Source: Candidatus Sabulitectum sp.
GTDB lineage: Bacteria; Fermentibacterota; Fermentibacteria; Fermentibacterales; JCC-6
Reading direction: 5' to 3'
NCBI GenBank assembly: GCA_029938555.1
Contig: JAOZUR010000006.1
Span: forward strand, 10,425 to 74,424
DNA: 64,000 nt
A program made the position numbers and the translations under genes. Numbering within the stretch: position 1 is the stretch's first letter; each line of letters begins with the position of its first letter. The notes beneath the pieces were generated by a model. That model was not told where the DNA came from. It searched no databases and worked only from the letters and a program-made list of their open reading frames with translations. Positions 1 through 8,269 of the stretch are shown in pieces.

Positions 1-1803
1 TGTGAGATTAATACTGTTTCCGTTTCTTTTAACGAACCAGATTCAGAGGAAAACCTAATCTTTCCACTTGCCGGTGCGCCAGTTGTTAGACCTGTTGGAC
101 AAACTACACCAACTGAAATTCTTTCAACAACACAAAATCTGATATTGGGAAACAACTCTGTCACTTTCCGCACCGGTCACATACTTGATGCTTATACTAT
201 TGTATCATGTTCCGTTAACCCATGGAAATATGACTCAGAAAGCCAGCAACTCGCACTTGCTTCCTCTTGTACCATCAATCTGAATTGGGTTACTGTTAAT
301 GAGCAATCCAATTTATCTTCTCGGCAAATCGAAATGATTAATTTCCGCGCTTCAGCTCTGGCAGAAAACTATGATATTTCTTATGAACAAATTCCCTACC
401 TGCCCGGGATAGATGCTGCTGTTGATTATCTTGTTATCACTGATGAGAAATTTTTATCAGAGATGTCTATACTGCAAAACCTTCTTGATTTTAAAAATCT
501 TTCTTATGAAGTAGTTACAGTTCAAAGCATAAATGGTAACTGGGAGGGCAGAGATACCCAAGAAGATATCAGGAATTGTATCAAATATTATGCACAGAAT
601 GAAGGAACAACTTTTGTTCTTCTTGCAGGGGATGAAACTGTTGTGCCCGTCCGTGATGTTTATACCGAATGTGAAGGTTTCATTGAATTTGCACCTACCG
701 ATCTCTATTATTCTGATCTGGACGGCTCTTGGGATGAAAACGAAAATGGAATTTTTGGAGAATGGGACGATAATCCTGATCTTTACGCAGATGTACTTTT
801 AGGAAGACTCCTATTTTCCACCTCGGAAAGTGCTGTTGCTATTTTTGAAAAGAATACCGCCTATACCAATGTTGAAGATACTCAGAATTGGTATCGCAAT
901 GTTGTATTATGTGCAGCAAATCTTTTCCCTGATATAGGTTATACCGGTAATAGAGGTTGCGAACTCATGGCTTTGGAATTCCCTTCTACATTTAATTTTA
1001 CCAAATCTTATGAACTTGCCATAGGTGACTATCCCGATACTTATTTTCCTGTAATTTATGAAGGTGCCGGATGGAACCATTACTCTGGTCACGGCAATGA
1101 TCGAGGTGTGTATTGGGCTGATTTCAAAGGAATTCTTTCCGTATTCAGAATGTCAGGTTTTGTTAACGAAGGGCAGTACGGCATTCACAGTTCTATTGGT
1201 TGTCATGTAGGCGACTACACCGATCCTGGAATCTGCCTTGCAGATACTCTTCTGACAATGACAGGTGGTGGTGGTGTTGCTGGTTTATTCAACACATCCT
1301 GGGGCTGGGAAGGTTATTGGCCCCAAATAGGCTCTTCAGAAAGACTCTGTAATTACACTGTGGAACAGGTTTATCAAAACAAAGCATCATCTCTTGGTTT
1401 GGCATATACGTCGGCAAAAGATCTAGAAATCCCCCATATGACCGGTCCTTACGACAGAGTACTGCAATCGATTATTGCTTACTCTGCATTCATGGACCCT
1501 TCCCTTGAAGTTCTTGGGGTAAGTAGTTTTAACCCTATCCCACCACCACCATTCCAGGTGGTTATGCTAAGCAACAACCCACACACAATTAATGAACTTC
1601 AATTCAAGGTTACCGGTGTTTCTTCAGCTTATGATGTTACTGTCTTTAACTTGGCTGGCAGAGCTGTTTTGGAACCTGTAAGCCTAAATCAGAATACCAA
1701 ACGCACTGTAGAAATTGGGTTTCTACCAACTGGAATTTACTTTGTTTCTGCCAAAGCGCCTGGTGGTGCCACAGCTTCAGAAAGTTTTGTAATTCTTAGA
1801 TAA
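1..1803 (+). CDS. Peptidase C25 (gingipain-like cysteine protease) with T9SS-type C-terminal sorting domain; 5'-truncated by the window edge
   Basis: Frame 1 has no stop from nt 1 up to the listed TTG at 145, so the gene starts upstream of the window. C25 hallmarks are present: DYLVITDEKF, VLLAGDETVVPVR, DLYYSDLDG, a catalytic-His context HYSGHGN and a catalytic-Cys context SIGCHVG. The last ~80 aa (FKVTGVSSAYDVTVFNLAGRAV...TGIYFVSAK...FVILR) resemble a Por_Secre_tail domain. Confidence 0.8.
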   Translation, partial: CEINTVSVSFNEPDSEENLIFPLAGAPVVRPVGQTTPTEILSTTQNLILGNNSVTFRTGHILDAYTIVSCSVNPWKYDSESQQLALASSCTINLNWVTVNEQSNLSSRQIEMINFRASALAENYDISYEQIPYLPGIDAAVDYLVITDEKFLSEMSILQNLLDFKNLSYEVVTVQSINGNWEGRDTQEDIRNCIKYYAQNEGTTFVLLAGDETVVPVRDVYTECEGFIEFAPTDLYYSDLDGSWDENENGIFGEWDDNPDLYADVLLGRLLFSTSESAVAIFEKNTAYTNVEDTQNWYRNVVLCAANLFPDIGYTGNRGCELMALEFPSTFNFTKSYELAIGDYPDTYFPVIYEGAGWNHYSGHGNDRGVYWADFKGILSVFRMSGFVNEGQYGIHSSIGCHVGDYTDPGICLADTLLTMTGGGGVAGLFNTSWGWEGYWPQIGSSERLCNYTVEQVYQNKASSLGLAYTSAKDLEIPHMTGPYDRVLQSIIAYSAFMDPSLEVLGVSSFNPIPPPPFQVVMLSNNPHTINELQFKVTGVSSAYDVTVFNLAGRAVLEPVSLNQNTKRTVEIGFLPTGIYFVSAKAPGGATASESFVILR

Positions 1804-1829
1804 TAGAACATTTAAAATATGACTAAAGG

Positions 1830-2267
1830 TCAATCGTAGGTCAGGCGTGTTTTTTCGTCTGTAAGAATATGTTTGATAAGTTCTTGTGATCCTGCCGACT
1901 TCCAGGTTCCCAGCTTCTCATGGGTAAGAAAATACTTCTGTGGTATGGGATGAGTACCGGCAACTACTTTCAGATCGTACTTTGCAGGGATGAAATCGGT
2001 AAATGCCTGAATTCTAGGGCACGGTGGGTAACCAACAATCAAACCTGTTGCAAGATGTATAACATCTGCTCCATTTTTTATCATTTCCTCTGGAGAGTAC
2101 TCCACATTACCACCAGGGCAGCCGCCGCAGGTTGTGTAACCAACAAGCTCTACTTCTTCACCTTGGTACAAAGCGAATGCTCCTTCACGGTTCCTTAGTG
2201 ATCTGAAACATTTCCCCCCTGCACAGGTATGGTAACGATCACAGATGATTATTCCAATTTTTTTCAT
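1830..2267 (-). CDS. CGGC-domain protein
   Basis: 145-aa ORF with Cys motifs CDRYHTCAGGKC and TTCGGCPG, characteristic of the CGGC domain family. Confidence 0.7.
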   Translation of the reverse strand: MKKIGIIICDRYHTCAGGKCFRSLRNREGAFALYQGEEVELVGYTTCGGCPGGNVEYSPEEMIKNGADVIHLATGLIVGYPPCPRIQAFTDFIPAKYDLKVVAGTHPIPQKYFLTHEKLGTWKSAGSQELIKHILTDEKTRLTYD

Positions 2268-2466
2268 TTGTAGTCCTTCTTGTTTTCGACTCTATGACAA
2301 TATACACCTGTAGGTTCTTCAGAAAATTAGTTGTTAACTCAGGCTGTTATAAAGGATGATCCGAATTTATGCAATTCGCCCTGGAGTTACTCCTTGGCTG
2401 AAAAAGGAGTTTACCCGGATCATTTACTGCATGTCCAGAAAACAAGCAGCTTATGATATTGCAGCG

Positions 2467-2507
2467 TTGACATAGCATGACATCCCTGCTATCATGCTTT
2501 CATGATA
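2467..2507 (+). promoter_or_regulatory. Putative sigma70-like promoter plus palindromic operator of the higBA module
   Basis: TTGACA (2467-2472), a 17-nt spacer, then TATCAT (2490-2495). The inverted repeat TATCATG-cttt-CATGATA (2490-2507) overlaps the -10 box and the higB ATG at 2502, as expected for an antitoxin operator. The promoter consensus for this lineage is unknown. Confidence 0.35.
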
Positions 2508-2991
2508 ACAAATTTTAAGAACAAGGCTACTGAGGACATTTACAATGGCATACAGACTAAAGTTGCTTTGATAATCTGCCCTGAGAAGCTGTGGAAGGTA
2601 GCATCCAGGAAACTTGACCTGCTTGATTCCGTTGTCTGCGAGTTCCACCTGGTAACAGACTGGAAGCTTTGTTGGGACGCAGGAAGGGTCAATTCAGCAT
2701 CAGGATAAACAGTCAGTACACCGTCATGTGATAAGTGTCGATATAATGCGCAGCTATCCTGAGTCCCAGCAAGGCACTGGTTTATGCGCATAGCACCGCT
2801 ATGTAATTGAACCAGTAACACAGCTGGGGCTCTGAAGAGCAAGCGCAACATTGCTTACAACTAACCGTGGGCGCACCGAGCGTTAGCACGAAGTATGCGA
2901 CAGCTATTGCTTGACGGTGTATTAGTTTCGAATTTGTTTCAAGTGGTGTAAAACCGGCCCGGGATCTGTAGAGATCACCGATTATCATTAA
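2502..2991 (+). pseudogene. higB: higB (RelE/ParE-superfamily HigB-like toxin) pseudogene, disrupted by a 1-nt frameshift and a 205-bp insertion
   Basis: The N-terminus MITNFKNKATEDIYNG...SRKLDLLDS is in frame 3. The reading then shifts to frame 2 for [24 protein letters not shown] (to 2716). The conserved C-terminus FRICFKWCKTGPGSVEITDYH* is in frame 1 at 2926-2991. The coding pieces total 281 nt, which is one nt short of a 93-aa gene. Confidence 0.75.
2717..2921. mobile_element. MITE-like non-autonomous element (205 bp, 10-bp perfect terminal inverted repeats) inserted in higB
   Basis: TACACCGTCA (2717-2726) and its exact reverse complement TGACGGTGTA (2912-2921) bound the insert. Flanking TCAG (2713-2716) and TTAG (2922-2925) look like a 4-bp target duplication. 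Removing 2717-2925 restores the HigB frame (RINSQ|FRICFKW). The element has no credible ORF. Confidence 0.55.
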
Positions 2992-3010
2992 ACGTAAAAG
3001 GGGAAGAGTT

Positions 3011-3328
3011 ATGATCAGGGTACCAACAAATAGAACACCCACGCATCCCGGAGAGATGCTTCTAGAAGAATTTCTGAAGCCAATGAAAATCACTCAAAGA
3101 GAGCTTGCTGATTCAATCCATGTGCCATATCAAAGGATTAACGAGATTGTTAATGGACGACGCGGGATCACTCCCAGCACTGCTCTGAGGCTTTCCAGAT
3201 TTTTTGATGTTTCAGTTGATTTCTGGATGAATCTTCAACTCCGATGGGATCTTTATTTTGCACAGGAATCTGAGGCTGATGAGCTACGAAGAATCAAGCC
3301 TTTTTCCCGGCAACACACAACAGCATGA
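3011..3328 (+). CDS. higA: HigA-family antitoxin (XRE-type HTH)
   Basis: The translation THPGEMLLEEFLKPMKITQRELADSIHVPYQRINEIVNGRRGITPSTALRLSRFF is the canonical HigA addiction-module antidote signature. It lies immediately downstream of the higB remnant. Confidence 0.85.
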   Translation: MIRVPTNRTPTHPGEMLLEEFLKPMKITQRELADSIHVPYQRINEIVNGRRGITPSTALRLSRFFDVSVDFWMNLQLRWDLYFAQESEADELRRIKPFSRQHTTA

Positions 3329-3365
3329 GTTGTAACGATGACATATTTGAAAAAATGGTACTGGT

Positions 3366-4331
3366 TTATTCCAGTCCTGAGCTGAGTTTTACAAGAAGTT
3401 TGTCTAACTCTTTCTTACGAGTCCAGGCATCCGCAAGAGGGTGGCGACTAATTAAACCATCTTCCACTCCTACCATGCAAGGTGCTGCATCATCAAGAAG
3501 TGCCTGAACAGCAGCGTATCCTAGTTTTGTGGCAAGCATTCTGTCTGATGCTGTTGGGCTACCTCCACGCTGAACATGACCAAGGACGGTTACTCGGCTT
3601 TTCAGGCCGGAATGTGCCTCGATCTTTTGTGCGATCTCGTATGCATTACCTTCTTCATCACCTTCGGCAACTACCAAAATACTTGAAGTTTTACCAGTTT
3701 CCAATCTGCTTTTTACTTTACGGCAGATTGCAGGAATATCAGTTACAGTTTCCGGAATAAGAATTTCTTCAGCACCGGCTCCAATCCCAACCTCAAGTGC
3801 TATGAAACCTGCATGTCTACCCATAACTTCAACGATAAAAAGACGATCATGAGCAGCGGCGGTATCTCTTACTTTATCAATAGCTTCAAGAGCTGTATTT
3901 ACAGCTGTATCGAAACCAATGGTAAAATCACTTCCCCAGATATCATTGTCGATTGTTGACGGTACTCCTATAACTCTAATACCAAATTCTCGTTGAAGGT
4001 CATTTGCCCCTCGAAAACTGCCGTCACCGCCAAAAACCACAAGGCCATCAATTCTTCTTTTGTTTAAATTAGCAGCAGCCTTGATTCGACCTTCCTCTGT
4101 TCTAAACTCTTCACTTCTAGCAGAGTGCAGAATAGTACCACCTCGCTGAAGAATATTGCTCACATCTTTAGAACACATAGGGGAAATAGAATCTTCAATA
4201 AGACCCTGATACCCCCGCTTAACACCATATACGGAAAGGCCACTGGCGAGGGCTGTCCTCACAGTGGCCCTAATTCCCGCATTCATTCCAGGGGCGTCTC
4301 CACCACTGGTCAGAATTGCAATTGCTTTCAA
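3366..4331 (-). CDS. pfkA: ATP-dependent 6-phosphofructokinase
   Basis: MKAIAILTSGGDAPGMNAGIRA..., GGDGSFRGA and PSTIDNDI motifs in a 321-aa product. It starts 6 nt after the rplQ stop. Confidence 0.9.
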   Translation of the reverse strand: MKAIAILTSGGDAPGMNAGIRATVRTALASGLSVYGVKRGYQGLIEDSISPMCSKDVSNILQRGGTILHSARSEEFRTEEGRIKAAANLNKRRIDGLVVFGGDGSFRGANDLQREFGIRVIGVPSTIDNDIWGSDFTIGFDTAVNTALEAIDKVRDTAAAHDRLFIVEVMGRHAGFIALEVGIGAGAEEILIPETVTDIPAICRKVKSRLETGKTSSILVVAEGDEEGNAYEIAQKIEAHSGLKSRVTVLGHVQRGGSPTASDRMLATKLGYAAVQALLDDAAPCMVGVEDGLISRHPLADAWTRKKELDKLLVKLSSGLE

Positions 4332-4337
4332 GTCTTC

Positions 4338-4712
4338 TTACTTCCCGCTATCAGCAGGTGAGTCAACAAGCTCGAGAATAACAGCTTCGGCAGCATCGCC
4401 ATGGCGAGGGCCTAGCTTAATTATACGGGTATATCCACCAGGTCTGTCCGCATAGCGGGGACCAAGCTCATTGAACAATTTTTTCACTACTACTGATCCG
4501 TAAACCATTCCGGCAACTAACCTGCGTGAGTGAACTGTATCGTTTTTACCCTTTGTTATTATTCTCTCGGCAAGACTTCTGGTCGCTTTTGCTCTCGCAT
4601 GACTGGTAACAACCTTTTCCTCAAGGAAAAGAGATGTAACCAAATTACGAAGCATTCTGGTTCTAGCGTCCTTTCTTCTGCCTAGCTTGGGAGTCGTTTT
4701 CCTGTGGCGCAT
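4338..4712 (-). CDS. rplQ: 50S ribosomal protein L17
   Basis: MRHRKTTPKLGRRKDARTRMLRNL...; conserved position after rpoA. Confidence 0.95.
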   Translation of the reverse strand: MRHRKTTPKLGRRKDARTRMLRNLVTSLFLEEKVVTSHARAKATRSLAERIITKGKNDTVHSRRLVAGMVYGSVVVKKLFNELGPRYADRPGGYTRIIKLGPRHGDAAEAVILELVDSPADSGK

Positions 4713-4730
4713 CGAAACTCCCGATCCTTT

Positions 4731-5726
4731 CTATAATGCCTGTGAGCGACCATGGGCGTTCAGTAATTCTTTAACCACATCAAGAGATGCAGCCCCAAAA
4801 TTACGAAGCTCAAGAAGCTCATCAGCAGTCTTCAGTGCCAGTTGATCCATGGTATTAATACCACCGGCTGACAATATTTTCACATACCTTTTCGAGAGAT
4901 CCGTATCAGCAAGATCTACATTCTCAAGAACCACCTTTTCCTCAAGAACAGGTACTTCTTCAGCAGTTTCTTCGATTACCGGCTCTTCCTCATCTTCTTC
5001 AATCTGAACGACAGGCTCTTCCAAGCCTATACCTAGAATCATCTCAAAATGCCTCATGAGAATCTTGGTAGAATTCTCAACAGCTTCTTTAGGTGAAAGA
5101 CTTCCATCTGTGGTTACTTCCAGAGTAAGACTGTCGAAATCAGTTCTATCACCCACGCGAGCACTTTCAACTTCAAAGTTCACCTTTTTTACAGGGCAGA
5201 ACCAAGAGTCAACAAGAATTGTTCCGATATCACGACCTTTGCCTGAATTATACCATTCATCCTGTGTCACAAAACCTTTGCCACGCTCAATATCTACGAT
5301 GATATCCAGCTCGCCACTTTCTTCTGTGATCTCAGCAATTACCTGCTCCGGATTGGAAATAGTAACGCCTTCAGGACAGTCAAATGATTCAGCAGTATAC
5401 ACACCAGGCTTATCAGCTTGAAGTGTAAGCTGTACAGTCTCATCTCCATCAAATCTGACGGAAAGTGATTTCACATTAAGGATGATGTCTGGCACATCTT
5501 CCAATACGCCATTAAGAACACTGAACTCGTGCTCAGCACCCTTTATTGAAACAGCAACTGGAGCTGCACCTTCCAAAGAGGAAAGCATGACTCGACGCAA
5601 TGCTGTAGCAAGCGTTCTACCAAACCCTCTTTCAAGAGCAGTAACAGTTAGTCTACCGTAGCCACCTTCAAGTGAGTTTTCGTCCCACTGAATAATGTCC
5701 GGAAGATGTAGTTTCATAAATTCCAT
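4731..5726 (-). CDS. rpoA: DNA-directed RNA polymerase subunit alpha
   Basis: 331 aa. The N-terminal domain (GYGRLTVTALERGFGRTLATALRRVMLSSLEGAA) and the C-terminal HhH domain are recognisable. Confidence 0.95.
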   Translation of the reverse strand: MEFMKLHLPDIIQWDENSLEGGYGRLTVTALERGFGRTLATALRRVMLSSLEGAAPVAVSIKGAEHEFSVLNGVLEDVPDIILNVKSLSVRFDGDETVQLTLQADKPGVYTAESFDCPEGVTISNPEQVIAEITEESGELDIIVDIERGKGFVTQDEWYNSGKGRDIGTILVDSWFCPVKKVNFEVESARVGDRTDFDSLTLEVTTDGSLSPKEAVENSTKILMRHFEMILGIGLEEPVVQIEEDEEEPVIEETAEEVPVLEEKVVLENVDLADTDLSKRYVKILSAGGINTMDQLALKTADELLELRNFGAASLDVVKELLNAHGRSQAL

Positions 5727-5755
5727 CGTATCCCCCTGAATGCTGAAGTTACCAG

Positions 5756-6154
5756 TTATTTACCAAGGCGTCTCTTGTTGGGTCTGCAGCCATTATGAGG
5801 AATTCTGGTGATATCTTTAACACCAGTTACTTCAAGGTCTGTTGACTGAAGAGCACGGACAGCCGCTTCTCTTCCAGAACCAGGTCCTCTAACCCAAACT
5901 TCAACCTTTTTAAGCCCAGCTTCAAGTGCCTTTTCTGCAGCCTGCACAGATGCCTGACTAGCTGCAAATGCAGTACTTTTTCTTGTTCCACGAACACCTG
6001 TTGTACCACCACTGGCCCAAGTAATAACATTACCTCTTTTATCAGAGATTGTTATCACTGTGTTATTAAAAGAAGATTTGATATGGGCCACACCGTGAAT
6101 ATCAGAGACCTTTCCGATCTTTTTCGTAATTTTACGCGCTTTTCCTTTTGGCAT
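5756..6154 (-). CDS. rpsK: 30S ribosomal protein S11
   Basis: [18 protein letters not shown]...[10 protein letters not shown]...[10 protein letters not shown]. Confidence 0.95.
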   Translation of the reverse strand: MPKGKARKITKKIGKVSDIHGVAHIKSSFNNTVITISDKRGNVITWASGGTTGVRGTRKSTAFAASQASVQAAEKALEAGLKKVEVWVRGPGSGREAAVRALQSTDLEVTGVKDITRIPHNGCRPNKRRLGK

Positions 6155-6161
6155 GACTCAC

Positions 6162-6527
6162 CTACTTTCTTTTGCCGTGACCGCGCTTAGGACCTTTTCT
6201 AGTCCTGGCGTTAGTATGGGTTCGCTGCCCTCTTACAGGAAGATTCTTTCTATGTCGCAATCCGCGATAACAACCGATATCCATCAGTCGTTTACGGTTC
6301 ATATTAAGTTCTGTTCTCAGCGCACCTTCTACCTTGTACTCATCCTCAATAACTTTACGGAGAGCCGCAATATCGGTCTCTGTAAGGGTATCGGTACTTT
6401 TCTCAAATGAAATTCCAGCTTTTGTTAGAATTTTCTTTGATGAAGTCATGCCAATACCATGAATGTATGGGAGCGCATAAACAACCATCTTGTTACGCGG
6501 CAGATCCACACCTGCTATTCTCGCCAC
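6162..6527 (-). CDS. rpsM: 30S ribosomal protein S13
   Basis: [26 protein letters not shown]... Confidence 0.95.
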   Translation of the reverse strand: MARIAGVDLPRNKMVVYALPYIHGIGMTSSKKILTKAGISFEKSTDTLTETDIAALRKVIEDEYKVEGALRTELNMNRKRLMDIGCYRGLRHRKNLPVRGQRTHTNARTRKGPKRGHGKRK

Positions 6528-6556
6528 TTGATACCTCCGTTAATGCCGCGCTGCGG

Positions 6557-6673
6557 CTATCCCTGTCTTTGCTTGTGACGCGGATTGCGGGAACAGATAA
6601 CAAATACCTTTCCCTCTCTCCGGATAATTCGACAGTATTCGCAAATCTTTTTTACTGAACTGCGTACTTTCAT
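6557..6673 (-). CDS. rpmJ: 50S ribosomal protein L36 (not in the ORF track)
   Basis: Hand translation of the minus strand gives [38 protein letters not shown] (38 aa), sitting between infA and rpsM. Confidence 0.9.
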   Translation of the reverse strand: MKVRSSVKKICEYCRIIRREGKVFVICSRNPRHKQRQG

Positions 6674-6683
6674 TTCTATTACC

Positions 6684-6908
6684 TCACTTGTATCTGTAAG
6701 TAATTCGACCTCTGGTCAGATCATAAGGAGACAGTTCAACTGTTACCCTGTCACCGATCAGAATACGAATGTAATGCATCCTCATTTTGCCTGACACATG
6801 ACAGAGAACAACATGTCCCTCCGGTTTATCAAGCTCAACTCGACACATGCTGTTGGGAAGGGTTTCTAAAACCGTTCCGTCTACAACTATGCCCTGTTCT
6901 TTCGCCAT
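6684..6908 (-). CDS. infA: Translation initiation factor IF-1
   Basis: [27 protein letters not shown]...[15 protein letters not shown]. Confidence 0.95.
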   Translation of the reverse strand: MAKEQGIVVDGTVLETLPNSMCRVELDKPEGHVVLCHVSGKMRMHYIRILIGDRVTVELSPYDLTRGRITYRYK

Positions 6909-6956
6909 CTTGTCCTCTCCAATAAGTCAGGGAAGCGCAAATATCTTTATAAAAGA

Positions 6957-7703
6957 TTAAGCTGTCAATATTTCCGGTGTATTCCCGTTGACCATAATGG
7001 TGTTTTCTGCATGAGCAGATAAACTTCCATCATCAGTAACAACAGTCCAACCATCGAGCAGAACACGAACTTCCGCTGCTCCGGCGTTCACCATCGGTTC
7101 AATTGCCAGTAATAATCCATTTCTAAGCTTAATGCCATTTCCCGCTTTTCCATAGTTGGGAACCTGCGGCTTCTCATGTAATTTTCTACCGATTCCATGC
7201 CCTACCAGCTGGCGAACAACACTGAATCCGTTAGCTTCTACATGTTTCTGTACCGCGAATCCGATATCACTGATGCGATTACCTTGAATAGCAGCTGCTA
7301 TTCCCAGTTCTCGCGCCTGATAAGTAACCTCAACAAGGCGTTTGGCTTCAGATGATACTTCCCCTATAAGTAAAGTATCAGCTGCATCACCGTGATAACC
7401 ATTCTTGTAGGCACCTACATCGATCCCAACAATATCTCCCTCTTCAATAATTCTCTTAGCGGATGGAATGCCATGCACTACTTCACGATTAATAGAAATA
7501 CAAATCGCTTCAGGATATCCATTGTAATTTAGAAATGAGGGAACTGCACCCTCGGCTCTAATGATATCCTTTCCCAGTGCATTGATCGCCGCTGTGGTAA
7601 CACCCGGATTAACAAATTGTGCAATTTCTGAAAGAACTTTCCTTACGATTCTGCACGATTCCCTCACCGAAGCTATATCTCTTTCGAGTGTTACTATTCC
7701 CAT
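6957..7703 (-). CDS. map: Type I methionine aminopeptidase
   Basis: 248 aa with VHGIPS, DVGA..NGYHGD, HGIG and LAIEPM metal-site contexts. Confidence 0.9.
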   Translation of the reverse strand: MGIVTLERDIASVRESCRIVRKVLSEIAQFVNPGVTTAAINALGKDIIRAEGAVPSFLNYNGYPEAICISINREVVHGIPSAKRIIEEGDIVGIDVGAYKNGYHGDAADTLLIGEVSSEAKRLVEVTYQARELGIAAAIQGNRISDIGFAVQKHVEANGFSVVRQLVGHGIGRKLHEKPQVPNYGKAGNGIKLRNGLLLAIEPMVNAGAAEVRVLLDGWTVVTDDGSLSAHAENTIMVNGNTPEILTA

Positions 7704-8269
7704 TCTTGTAACGCCTTTACAATTTTACGCGTGACCTGAGTGGGAGTACCTGTTCCGTCCACTCTGATAATTCTATCAGAATAGTACTGAATCAGGGGTT
7801 CGGTTTGTTTCCGGTAAACATCAAACCGATGATGGATCACCGCTGGGGCATCATCAGCTCTCTTGTAATTCACTACTTTATCCTGTCTCTGGCTTCTCCT
7901 GCGAATTAATCGCTCTTCTGCAACTTCAACAGGAACATCAATAAATAATGCACAGGTCAATCCTGTTCCCAGATTGTCTAGATGTACATCAAAAATTTTA
8001 GCCTGGGCAACATTACGCGGGTAGCCATCTACCAAAAATCTGTTTAAACCATCAATAGCTTTAAACAAAACATAATTAGCAGTGATATCATCTACCAGAC
8101 TACCCGCAGCAATTGTGTCTCCAATTCTCCTGCCTATACGAGTATGATCCAGAACCTTAGCTCTGAAAAGCTCACCTGTAGAAACATGTGTAAGGCTATA
8201 GCCTGTTGCAAGCTCTGTTGCCTGAGTACCTTTGCCTGACCCTGGAGAACCGAAAAATACTATTTTCAT
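7694..8269 (-). CDS. adk: Adenylate kinase (short-lid type)
   Basis: MKIVFFGSPGSGKGTQ P-loop and FLVDGYPR motif. There is no Cys4 lid. Confidence 0.9.
   Translation of the reverse strand: MKIVFFGSPGSGKGTQATELATGYSLTHVSTGELFRAKVLDHTRIGRRIGDTIAAGSLVDDITANYVLFKAIDGLNRFLVDGYPRNVAQAKIFDVHLDNLGTGLTCALFIDVPVEVAEERLIRRRSQRQDKVVNYKRADDAPAVIHHRFDVYRKQTEPLIQYYSDRIIRVDGTGTPTQVTRKIVKALQEWE

Noticed and set aside
2717-2925. Possibility that the higB insert is a group II/group I intron, a riboswitch or a retron ncRNA
   Set aside because: About 205 nt is far too short for a self-splicing intron. There is no GUGYG...AY intron boundary pattern and no RT or maturase nearby. Perfect terminal inverted repeats plus a target-duplication-like flank fit a transposon-derived element better. 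An Rfam scan is still advisable.
2540-3093. Two 103-aa minus-strand ORFs (2540-2851, 2782-3093) spanning the higB remnant, the insertion and the higA start
   Set aside because: They run antisense to recognisable higB/higA coding sequence and through the non-coding insert, and they show no family resemblance.
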